Shown piece by piece: positions 39,298 to 48,285 of a DNA stretch of 64,000 nucleotides. The notes beneath the pieces were generated by a model, which saw only the letters and a program-made list of their open reading frames with translations, made no database searches and was not told the origin of the DNA. Source of the stretch: an uncultured delta proteobacterium (lineage in GTDB: Bacteria > Desulfobacterota > Desulfobacteria > Desulfobacterales > QNYZ01); assembly GCA_963845145.1 (NCBI GenBank), contig CAWJQU010000016.1, positions 32,001 to 96,000 on the forward strand, given 5' to 3'. The translations under genes were made by a program, and so were the position numbers. Position 1 is the first letter of the stretch. The number at the start of each line of letters is the position of its first letter.

Positions 39298-40863
39298 ATG
39301 CCGGAGCAAACGAGTCACCAAACCGAACGGACGCGATTAGACAACTTAGTGCGGAAGGCGGAACTGGGTGGTGGGCAAAAAGCGATCGATAAACGCCGCA
39401 AACTAGGTAAACTAACCGCCCGGGAACGGTTGGCGACGCTTTTCGATTCAGACAGCTTTGTGGAAATCAATGAGCTGGCTGAAAGTCAGGCAGTGGAATT
39501 CGGCATGCAAGCCAAAAAGGTTCCCGGAGATGGCGTTGTTATCGGTTACGGGGAAGTTGAAGGGCGCCTGGTTTTTGCATACGCTCAGGACGCCACGGTA
39601 CTGGGCGGTTCGGTGGGCACTGTTCATGGCCAGAAAATTTGTCGCATCATGGATGAGGCCCTCAAGATGAAAGCCCCGATTGTCGGCCTTTTCGATTCGG
39701 GGGGCGGTAGACTCCACGAAGGTTTTTTTGCATCCAAAGGCGTTGCCGGTATGTTTTACCGAAACACCCGGGCCTCGGGTGTGATTCCTCAAATTTCCGC
39801 CATGATGGGGCCTTGCGCGGGTGTATCGGTTTACTCTCCGGCTTTAACCGATTTTATCGTTATGGTGGAAGGAACCAGCCAGATGGTCATTACCGGTCCG
39901 GGCGTGATCAAGTCCGTCACCGGTGAAGATGTCACTTTGGAGGATTTAGGCGGCGCCAAGGTCCACAGTGAGATTACAGGGCAGGCCCATTTGGTGGCAC
40001 CAAACGAGGAAGCGTGTTTAAAGACAATTCGAAAAATACTGAGTTATCTTCCTTCAAATAATACGGAGATGCCGCCGATAGCTACCGATGGTAGCGATGA
40101 TCCCGACCGAACGGATGATACCCTTGAAGAAATTGTTACGGCCAACTTCAGAAAAGCTTACGACATGCGCCAGGTGATCCGGCGGATTGTGGATCACGGC
40201 GACTTCTTTGAACTCCTTCCCAAATTTGCACAAAATATCATTATCGGTTTTGCCCGGCTCGACGGCATGACCGTAGGCATTGTTGGAAATCAACCCATAG
40301 TCCTGGCGGGATGCCTGGATGTCAATAGTTCCGATAAAGCGGCGCGGTTTATACGTTTATGCGATGCGTTTAATATCCCCTTGGTCAATTTGGTCGATGT
40401 GCCCGGGTATTTTCCCGGCGTCAAACAGGAGCATTTAGGGATCATTCGGCACGGGGCAAAAATGTTGTATGCTTATGCGGAAGCAACGGTACCTAAGATT
40501 ACTTTGGCCCTGAGGAAGGAATATGGCGGCGCGGTCATGGCCATGTGCTGTGTGGGAATGGAGGTCGACCTGATGTTGGCCTGGCCGATTGCCAAACTGG
40601 TTGTTTTGGACACTGCCACCGCCGTCAACCTGATTTTCAGAAAAGAGATTCAGGCCGCCGACGATCCCGAGGCTTTTCGGACACAGATGATCGAAGAATA
40701 TGACCATAAATATTCGAACCCGTTTCACGCGGCTTCCAATATGCTGGTGGATAAAATCATTGCACCCAAGGAAACCCGGCCTCAACTGATCAAGGCGTTA
40801 CGGATGTTGAAAAAGAAAAGCAGGCCAAAGCCATTTAGACGTCACGGGAATATTCCTCTATAG
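39298..40863 (+). CDS. acyl-CoA carboxyltransferase (PccB/MmdA family)
   Basis: GKLTARER, GDGVV, DATVLGGS, DSGGGRL, VDVPGYFPG..QE..GIIRHGAK, HGNIPL. Confidence 0.93.
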   Translation: MPEQTSHQTERTRLDNLVRKAELGGGQKAIDKRRKLGKLTARERLATLFDSDSFVEINELAESQAVEFGMQAKKVPGDGVVIGYGEVEGRLVFAYAQDATVLGGSVGTVHGQKICRIMDEALKMKAPIVGLFDSGGGRLHEGFFASKGVAGMFYRNTRASGVIPQISAMMGPCAGVSVYSPALTDFIVMVEGTSQMVITGPGVIKSVTGEDVTLEDLGGAKVHSEITGQAHLVAPNEEACLKTIRKILSYLPSNNTEMPPIATDGSDDPDRTDDTLEEIVTANFRKAYDMRQVIRRIVDHGDFFELLPKFAQNIIIGFARLDGMTVGIVGNQPIVLAGCLDVNSSDKAARFIRLCDAFNIPLVNLVDVPGYFPGVKQEHLGIIRHGAKMLYAYAEATVPKITLALRKEYGGAVMAMCCVGMEVDLMLAWPIAKLVVLDTATAVNLIFRKEIQAADDPEAFRTQMIEEYDHKYSNPFHAASNMLVDKIIAPKETRPQLIKALRMLKKKSRPKPFRRHGNIPL

Positions 40864-40887
40864 TCTCAATATTAAAAGGATGGGAAA

Positions 40888-42039
40888 ATGGATTTTACGC
40901 TTTCAAAGGAACACCTTGATATTCAAAAAGCCGCCCGAGAATTTGCGCGGGGAGAATTCGCCAATGTGGCTCGGGATTTTGACCTGAACGAAACCTTTCC
41001 GGCTAAAATTATAAAAAAAGCCCGGCAACTTGATCTAATCGGCTTATTCATTCCTGAGGAATACGGCGGTCCCGGGCTGGGATACCTTGAGCATGCCATG
41101 GTTTTAGAGGAATTCTGGCGGATTGATCCTGGTATCGGTCAGCAGTTGTGTTCGTTGACTTTCGGTGCCGAGGAGTTTCTGCTTTTTGGTACGGAAGAAC
41201 AGAAGAAGAAATATTTGGAACCCCTGTTTGGTGGGGGCAAGGGTATTATGGGGTTTGCCATCACTGAACCGGAAGCGGGTAGTGACACCGCCGCCGTAGC
41301 AACAACGGCGGTAAAAGATGGCGATGACTACATTATCAACGGCAGCAAGGTGATGATTGGAAACGGCACGGTGGGGACGTTTATGCTCGTCTTTTGCCTG
41401 ACGAATCCGGATGAAAAAAACAAAAGTGCCCGGCACAGTATCATTATCGTTGAAACGGACCGGGACGGATATAAAGCCGATATTATGCATGGTAAGATGG
41501 GCCTGAGATGTTCCGATACCGCCGCCATCTACTTTAACAATGTCCGGGTACCCCAGACAAACCTGGTGGGTGTGGAAGGAAACGGCTTTATTCAGCTGAT
41601 GCATTTTTTTGATCGCTCCCGGGCCTATGTAGCCGCCCATGGCGTGGGCTTGGCCCAGGGTGCGATGGATCAGGCCGTTAAGCATGTGAAGGGCCGGAAA
41701 CAGTTTGGTCGCCCTTTAGGGGCGTTTCAAGCCACCCAGTTCAAGCTGGCCGAAATGGCCACCAAAATCGAGACTGCTCGAAATATGGTTTATAAGTCGG
41801 CATGGCTGCTCGATAACGGTATGGCCGATACACGGTTGACGGCCATGGCCAAGTTATTCGCTTGCCGAACGGCGGTGGAAGTTGTTGACGAAGCACTTCA
41901 AATGCATGGCGGATATGGATATTTCGACGATTATGATATCGAGCGGTTTTACAGGGCCGCTAAAGTGCTTGAGATCTATGAGGGGACCAAAGAAGTCGAA
42001 AAAATTATTATTGCTAGAGAGATTTTAGGTAAATTATAA
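40888..42039 (+). CDS. acyl-CoA dehydrogenase
   Basis: PEEYGG, FAITEPEAGSD, INGSK, KMGLR, RKQFG, QMHGGYGY, IYEGT. Confidence 0.95.
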   Translation: MDFTLSKEHLDIQKAAREFARGEFANVARDFDLNETFPAKIIKKARQLDLIGLFIPEEYGGPGLGYLEHAMVLEEFWRIDPGIGQQLCSLTFGAEEFLLFGTEEQKKKYLEPLFGGGKGIMGFAITEPEAGSDTAAVATTAVKDGDDYIINGSKVMIGNGTVGTFMLVFCLTNPDEKNKSARHSIIIVETDRDGYKADIMHGKMGLRCSDTAAIYFNNVRVPQTNLVGVEGNGFIQLMHFFDRSRAYVAAHGVGLAQGAMDQAVKHVKGRKQFGRPLGAFQATQFKLAEMATKIETARNMVYKSAWLLDNGMADTRLTAMAKLFACRTAVEVVDEALQMHGGYGYFDDYDIERFYRAAKVLEIYEGTKEVEKIIIAREILGKL

Positions 42040-42051
42040 CAGGAGTGTTTT

Positions 42052-43239
42052 ATGGAGCTTTTTAAGAATGTCCGGATTCTGTCTTTAGAGCAAGCCACGG
42101 TTCTTCCCTATTTGACCTACCGCCTGGCCATGGATGGCATGGAGGTTATCCGTTTGGAGCATCCCGTCTACGGCGATCCCAACCGTTTTATCGGCGAAAA
42201 CGTGCTCGGTGAAAAGCGTATGAACGCTTACTACCTTGCCATCAATGCCGGCAAAAAAGCGTTAACCCTTAATCTGGCAGACCCGGAAGGGCAAAAGATT
42301 TTTCGTTCGCTCATTGAAGAATTGGATGTTGATATCTTTGCAACCAACCAGCTTCCCAAAAATTATACCAAGCTGGGGATCGATTATGATACCTTAAAAT
42401 CGATTAAACCGGATATCATCTGGCTGGGCGTCACCGGGTTCGGGCCGGATAGTAATGAGGGCGCTTATGATCCCATCTTACAGGCCCGATCCGGACTGAT
42501 GGAAATGACCGGTGAGGCCAATGGCGCCCCGATGGTACTCGGCATTCCACTGCCCGATATGGGGACCAGTGAACATGCTTACGGCATGGTGATGAAAGCC
42601 TTATACCGACGCGCAGTTAATGGTGAGGGGTCACGAATCGATCTATCCATGTTTGAATCCTCTTTGTCCTGGCTGACGGTTCCCATCACCATGTCCGCCA
42701 GTTTTAAAAAAGAAGTGACCCGGCGAGGCAACACCCATGAGTTTTTCAGCCCGGTCTCGGTGTACGAAACAAAGGATGGGTTTGTTTACCTTGCCGTTGG
42801 GAATGATCGACAGTGGAAGACGTTTGCCTCCCAGGATATTTTTAAATCTTTGGACAAATCGGATTACGAAACAAATGAGGGCCGCATTAACGATGTCGTC
42901 AATTTGAACCGGGACATCAATGCGATTACGAAAAACCATACGACACAATCGTTGATTGACCTTTGCACATCGATCACGGTACCCATTAGTAAAATCAATT
43001 TGGTCGAAGATGTAATCAAGGATCCGCTGGTTGAAAAACGGTTGCTCCACTCGCAAGATTCGGCAACCGGCACTAAAATTACCCTGGCACCATCACCCTA
43101 TATGACGCCGTTGCTTGAGAAAAACAACCGCCAGCTTGATTTTCCCCCGCGTTTCGGGGAACACAACAAAACTTTCTACGGCCAGATTGGCTATTCGGAA
43201 GATATGCTGGCAACCCTTAAAGAAAAAGGCGTCATTTAA
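42052..43239 (+). CDS. class III (CaiB/BaiF) CoA transferase
   Basis: GMEVIRLE, NAGKKALTLNL, LGIDY, VTGFG, AYDPILQARSGLM, GEHN. Confidence 0.92.
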   Translation: MELFKNVRILSLEQATVLPYLTYRLAMDGMEVIRLEHPVYGDPNRFIGENVLGEKRMNAYYLAINAGKKALTLNLADPEGQKIFRSLIEELDVDIFATNQLPKNYTKLGIDYDTLKSIKPDIIWLGVTGFGPDSNEGAYDPILQARSGLMEMTGEANGAPMVLGIPLPDMGTSEHAYGMVMKALYRRAVNGEGSRIDLSMFESSLSWLTVPITMSASFKKEVTRRGNTHEFFSPVSVYETKDGFVYLAVGNDRQWKTFASQDIFKSLDKSDYETNEGRINDVVNLNRDINAITKNHTTQSLIDLCTSITVPISKINLVEDVIKDPLVEKRLLHSQDSATGTKITLAPSPYMTPLLEKNNRQLDFPPRFGEHNKTFYGQIGYSEDMLATLKEKGVI

Positions 43240-43271
43240 TACTGTCGTTTATTGGAAATAGCCACGAAGTT

Positions 43272-43979
43272 ATGCAAAGCGCAAAAGTAAAAAATACGTC
43301 GCTGGGGCCGCTAAAGACGATTGGCCGACGAAAGTCACTCGGGCAGCATGTTTATCAGGACCTGCGCCAGGCGATTCTGCGGGGGGATATTGCTTCGGGC
43401 GGACGGCTGGTGGAGAATCGTATCGCCGAAGCAATGGGTATCAGCCGAACACCTGTTCGAGAAGCGATCCATAAGCTGGAGCGGGAAGGGCTGATTGTTC
43501 AGAGACAAACCGGCGGGTTTGAAGTTGTCGGTGTCAGCCGCGAAGATATCAATGAGATTTTCGGTATTCGCAGTGCATTGGAAAGTTATGCGGCGGGTCT
43601 GGCGGCCCTTCGACATGGGCCCGGTGAACTGACTTCTCTGGATAAAAAAATCAATGATTTTCAAAAACATTTGGAAGATGGCCGGTTGAACAAGCTGGTC
43701 GAGATTAATACGGAATTTCATCAATTATTGTATGCCTTAAGCGGCAATACGCGGTTGATTCGTATGATCGGAACCCTCCAGGATCAGTTCCACCGTTTCC
43801 GAAAGATTATCCTGGAAAAAGCCAGTCTTGCCCAGGCCAGTAATGAAGATCATCGCCAGATGCTGGTTTACATACGCAGGCGGGATGTGGAAGAAACCGA
43901 ACGCCTGGTTAAAAAACACATATTGAAAGGCCAACAAGCCGTGTTGGCTGATTTTGATAAAGTAGATAACAACAACTAA
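43272..43979 (+). CDS. GntR family (FCD/VanR-type) transcriptional regulator
   Basis: wHTH GISRTPVREAIHKLEREGL; FCD domain NTEFH, EDHRQML. Confidence 0.95.
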   Translation: MQSAKVKNTSLGPLKTIGRRKSLGQHVYQDLRQAILRGDIASGGRLVENRIAEAMGISRTPVREAIHKLEREGLIVQRQTGGFEVVGVSREDINEIFGIRSALESYAAGLAALRHGPGELTSLDKKINDFQKHLEDGRLNKLVEINTEFHQLLYALSGNTRLIRMIGTLQDQFHRFRKIILEKASLAQASNEDHRQMLVYIRRRDVEETERLVKKHILKGQQAVLADFDKVDNNN

Positions 43980-43991
43980 AGGAACGAGCAC

Positions 43992-44384
43992 ATGCCAGAA
44001 AAAAAAGTCAGGGTTCTTATCGCCAAACCGGATTTGGATGGCCATGATCGCGGCGCCAAGGTCGTGGCACTGGCTCTTAGGGATGCGGGTATGGAGGTGA
44101 TCTATTCCGGATTGCACCAGAGTCTCGACCAGATTTTAAGCACCGCCATGCAAGAGTCGGTGGACGTCGTGGGGTTAAGCATCATGACCGGTGGTCATCT
44201 TCCTATCTGTAAAAAATTAATTGATCGGTTAAAATCCGAGGAGATGGAAGAGGTCCATGTGGTTGTGGGGGGCGTGATACCCAAAAGAGATATTCCAAAA
44301 TTAACCGAAATGGGCATTAAAGCCGTATTCCCGGGTGGTGCGACCTTTGATGAAATCGCTGAAACTATCCACGCATTGATTTAA
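43992..44384 (+). CDS. B12-binding small subunit of acyl-CoA mutase
   Basis: KPDLDGHDRGAK (DxHxxG), GLSIMTGGH, VGGVIP. Confidence 0.95.
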   Translation: MPEKKVRVLIAKPDLDGHDRGAKVVALALRDAGMEVIYSGLHQSLDQILSTAMQESVDVVGLSIMTGGHLPICKKLIDRLKSEEMEEVHVVVGGVIPKRDIPKLTEMGIKAVFPGGATFDEIAETIHALI

Positions 44385-44402
44385 GTTCGAGAGGAGGAGT
44401 TC

Positions 44403-46031
44403 ATGGGGGTTGCCAAATATGTAAAAAACGACAAAGGTGGCATCGAAGATGTCATCTATCAGTCGGGAATTCGAATAAAAACAAGTTATAATAAAGATGA
44501 TCTGGATGCGGTTGGATTTGACTACCAGGAGGACCTAGGCGATCCCGGTGAATTTCCGTTTACCCGCAGCCTTCATCCCAGCGGCTATCGCAGCAGGGCC
44601 TGGACGACCCGTCAGTACACGGGTTTCGGTACGCCCGAGGAAACCAATAAGCGTTTTTTGTATATGATTTCCCATGGTCAGACCGGCCTGAATGTTGCCT
44701 TTGATCTGCCTACCCAGATGGGATTGGATTCGGATAACCCCAAGGCTGAAGGAGAAGTTGGGCGGGTGGGAATGGCGGTGGATTCACTAAGGGATTTTGA
44801 GATTGCGTTTAAAGATATCCCTTTTGATAAAATTGGGTCCGGCTTGACCATTAATGCCAATGCCAGTGTGATGCTTGCCATGTATCAGGCCGTGGCTGAA
44901 AAATTCGGCTTTCCCAAGGAAGTGATCAGCGCGACGCCTCAAAACGATATTCTAAAAGAGATGATCGGTCGCGGGGCCTGGATTTTTCCTGCCGAACCGG
45001 CCGTGAAACTTGTCGGTGATACGATTGAGTACGCCATGAAAGAGCTGCCACGCTGTAACCCTGTCAGTGTGTGCGGCTACCATATTCGCGAATCCGGCGC
45101 CACACCGGTGCAGGAAATTGCCTGCGCTTTTGAGATTGCCCGGGCGTATATCGACAATGTGGTTGCACGTGGCATAAAGCCCGAAGACTTTGTGGGACGC
45201 CTCACGTTTAATTTTAACGTTTATGGAAATATGTGGGAGCAGATTGCGAAATTCAGGGCCGCCCGGAAAATTTGGGCCAAAATGCTCCGAAATGATTATG
45301 GTGTGACGGAAAAGAAGAAACTGTTTTTACGGGGGTTATTCGGTGGGGGAGGCAGCGGGCTGACCAAGGAGCAGCCTGAAAACAATATCATGCGCGGCGC
45401 CTACTACGCGCTGGCCGCAGCTTTGGGGGGCGCTCAGACCACCGCCCTGTGTTCGTTTGACGAAGCCTATACGATCCCCACACCACGAGCGGCGTTATTA
45501 TCCTTAAGGACACTCGAAATTCTGATGGATGAGGTGGGGTTGCGGGATACCGTGGATCCCCTGGCCGGTTCTTACTTTATCGAGACCATAACCAAAGAGA
45601 TGGAAAATAAAATCCAAGAAGAGATGGAACGAATTCAGAAAGCAGGAGGGATGGTCACCGCCGTCACCACCGGATCCATACAGCGGGAAGTGGCGCAACA
45701 GGCCTATGAATTTGAGAAATCGCTTCAGGCCAAAGAGGCTATTAAAGTAGGTGTCAACAAATACACAGAAGGCGAGCAACCTGAAGTGGAGCTCCACGGA
45801 TATAACGAAGAATGGGCCGATAAACAAATTAACAACCTAAAAAAATTACGGGCCGAACGGGACAACGAATTGGTAACCCGAAGGCTAAAAGATCTGGAAA
45901 GTGCCGCCCGATCCGATAAAAATGTCATGCCCGATTTGGTAAAATGCTGTCAGGCGTATGCCACGGTAGGCGAAATGACGGACGTTTTCAGAAACGTGTT
46001 CGGCGAATGGCAGGAACCGCGGCTATTTTAA
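44403..46031 (+). CDS. B12-dependent acyl-CoA mutase large subunit (methylmalonyl-CoA mutase family, divergent)
   Basis: PGEFPFTR, RQYTGFG, AFDLPTQMGLDSD, QNDILKE, GYHIRESGA, DPLAGSY, VGVNKY. Confidence 0.93.
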   Translation: MGVAKYVKNDKGGIEDVIYQSGIRIKTSYNKDDLDAVGFDYQEDLGDPGEFPFTRSLHPSGYRSRAWTTRQYTGFGTPEETNKRFLYMISHGQTGLNVAFDLPTQMGLDSDNPKAEGEVGRVGMAVDSLRDFEIAFKDIPFDKIGSGLTINANASVMLAMYQAVAEKFGFPKEVISATPQNDILKEMIGRGAWIFPAEPAVKLVGDTIEYAMKELPRCNPVSVCGYHIRESGATPVQEIACAFEIARAYIDNVVARGIKPEDFVGRLTFNFNVYGNMWEQIAKFRAARKIWAKMLRNDYGVTEKKKLFLRGLFGGGGSGLTKEQPENNIMRGAYYALAAALGGAQTTALCSFDEAYTIPTPRAALLSLRTLEILMDEVGLRDTVDPLAGSYFIETITKEMENKIQEEMERIQKAGGMVTAVTTGSIQREVAQQAYEFEKSLQAKEAIKVGVNKYTEGEQPEVELHGYNEEWADKQINNLKKLRAERDNELVTRRLKDLESAARSDKNVMPDLVKCCQAYATVGEMTDVFRNVFGEWQEPRLF

Positions 46032-46034
46032 GCC

Positions 46035-46131
46035 GTTAGCCCGTTAGCCGGTTAGCCCGTGGGCCGGTTCGTGGGATGTAATTTGGAGAGGATTTTACGG
46101 GCAAACCGGCTAACGGGAAACCGGCAAACCG
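46035..46131. repeat. octamer-repeat fold-back element 2
   Basis: Left arm gttagccc gttagccg gttagccc gtgggccg (46035-46066); right arm acgggcaa accggcta acgggaa accggcaa accg (46097-46131). Confidence 0.85.
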
Positions 46132-46146
46132 AAGAAGAGGTAAACA

Positions 46147-48243
46147 TTGGAAAAAGGTATATTTCGTTTAGGCTGCGATATTGGCGGTACATTCACCGAC
46201 TTTGTCCTGGTGAATAGCGATACCGGTGAAATCCATACCCATAAGTGTCTGACCACACCGACAGATCCGTCTGATGCTGTGGCTGAGGGTGTTGATGCGC
46301 TCTCGGAGGCAGTGCCGGGGATGGCTTCTGAAATATCGGAATTTATTCATGGGACAACACTGGTGATCAATGCCATTATTGAAAGAAAGGGCGCCATCAC
46401 CGGACTGATAACGACCAAAGGGTTTAAGGACGTTTTGGAGCTTGGTCGTGAGATCCGATATGATGCTTATGATATTTTTTCCGAGTATCCGAAGCCGCTG
46501 GTATCACGGGATTTTAGGATGGAGGTCGACGAACGCATTGCCAGTGACGGTCGCGTGCTAAAGGCGCTTGAAAAAGAATCCGTTTCACAAGCATTGGTGA
46601 AATTGCAGGATAAGGGGGTCGAATCTCTGGCCATCTGCCTGATTAACTCCTATGAAAATCCGGTCCATGAAAATGAAATTAAAGCAATGGTAGAGGCGCA
46701 GGCACCGGAGCTTTATCTATCGACATCCTTTGAAGTACTCCCCCAAATTCGAGAGTTTGAAAGAACCAGTACCACGGTAACCAATGCCTATGTTAAACCG
46801 ATTACGGCGAGGTATCTGGAAAAATTAAGTGGCCGGCTGGGCTCATTGGGATTTGATGGAACGATTTATATTATGTTGTCTTCGGGTGGGATAACCACCA
46901 TCGAAACAGCAAGGGATTTTCCGGTGCGGATTATTGAATCCGGTCCCACGGCGGCAGTAATCGCTTCCCAGTACTACGGGCGCATGTTTGATGTGCAGGA
47001 TATGTTTTGTTTCGATATGGGCGGAACTACGGCCAAGTCATGTCTGATTCAAAAAGGCAATGCCGGGCTGGTATCCACCTTTGAGGTTGGTCGTGTCCAG
47101 CGGTTTAAAAAGGGCAGCGGGTTACCCATTCAGGTTCCCGTGGTAGACCTTATGGAGATCGGTGCCGGCGGTGGCAGTATCGCTAAAATCAGTAAGATGG
47201 GATTGTTGCAAGTGGGGCCGGAAAGTGCCGGTGCGGATCCGGGACCGGTTTGTTACGGACGTGGCGGACAAAGCCCCACGGTGACGGATGCCGATTTGGT
47301 TTTAGGGTACCTTGACCCCGATTATTTTCTGGGGGGCACCATGACCCTGGATAAGGCCGCCGCCGAAAAGGCGATCCAGGCTGAACTGGCCGATCCCCTT
47401 CAAACGACCATGGTCAAAGCCGCTTTCGGTATTCACGATCTGATTAATGAAACCATGGCTGCTGCGGCCAAAACCCATATCGCCGAAAAGGGCGGAAATC
47501 CCAAGATTGTTACGGTCTCGGCCTTTGGCGGCGCTGGCCCTGTCCACGCTTACGGGTTGGCAAAAAAAATCGGTGCACCCCGGATTTTGGTGCCACCCTT
47601 GGCCGGGGTTGGATCTGCGCTTGGGTTTTTTACAGCACCGGTTGCATTTGATATGTCCCGGAGCCATCGGGCCAACCTGGAAGTGGCTGATTTTAAGGAG
47701 ATCGAAGCGTTGTTCGATTCTCTGGAAAAAGAAGGGTTGGCAACACTGGGGGACACCGTCAATCCGGACGATATCATCATCGAACGAACATTGATGATGC
47801 GGTTTGTGGGCCAAGGTGCGGAAACCGATCTATCCATAGAACGTAAAGCCTTTGATCAGTGGGAGATTAGAGAGATTCGGGCGTTATTCGATACGGCCTA
47901 TAAAAAACTCTATGGGCGCACATATCCCGATAACCAGATCGAATTCGTCACCTTTAAAGTTCGTGTGGGATTGCCGCCACGACCCTTTCATTTGCCCCAG
48001 CCACCGAGTAAAGTCGGAAATCTCGAAGCATGCGTTAAGGGCCAGCGCAAGGCCTTCTCCTTGATCGAAAAAGATTATATTCCGTTTACCGTATATGATC
48101 GATTCAAACTCTTCCCCGAGGTTCGGATTCCCGGACCCGCCATCATCGAAGAACGCGAATCAACGATCATTTTAGGAGAAGATGCGACGGCTCGTCTTGA
48201 TGACCAGGGCTTTGTATGGATCGATGTAGGGATTAATGGTTGA
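46147..48243 (+). CDS. hydantoinase A / 5-oxoprolinase family ATP-binding subunit
   Basis: DIGGTFTD, HGTT, REFERTSTTV.NAY, DMGGTT, IGAGGGS, GPESAGADPGP.CYG, FGGAGP.H. Confidence 0.95.
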   Translation: MEKGIFRLGCDIGGTFTDFVLVNSDTGEIHTHKCLTTPTDPSDAVAEGVDALSEAVPGMASEISEFIHGTTLVINAIIERKGAITGLITTKGFKDVLELGREIRYDAYDIFSEYPKPLVSRDFRMEVDERIASDGRVLKALEKESVSQALVKLQDKGVESLAICLINSYENPVHENEIKAMVEAQAPELYLSTSFEVLPQIREFERTSTTVTNAYVKPITARYLEKLSGRLGSLGFDGTIYIMLSSGGITTIETARDFPVRIIESGPTAAVIASQYYGRMFDVQDMFCFDMGGTTAKSCLIQKGNAGLVSTFEVGRVQRFKKGSGLPIQVPVVDLMEIGAGGGSIAKISKMGLLQVGPESAGADPGPVCYGRGGQSPTVTDADLVLGYLDPDYFLGGTMTLDKAAAEKAIQAELADPLQTTMVKAAFGIHDLINETMAAAAKTHIAEKGGNPKIVTVSAFGGAGPVHAYGLAKKIGAPRILVPPLAGVGSALGFFTAPVAFDMSRSHRANLEVADFKEIEALFDSLEKEGLATLGDTVNPDDIIIERTLMMRFVGQGAETDLSIERKAFDQWEIREIRALFDTAYKKLYGRTYPDNQIEFVTFKVRVGLPPRPFHLPQPPSKVGNLEACVKGQRKAFSLIEKDYIPFTVYDRFKLFPEVRIPGPAIIEERESTIILGEDATARLDDQGFVWIDVGING

Positions 48244-48285
48244 TGATTGTTTATTTTCGACTACCAACCAATAACTTTTAAGTGA

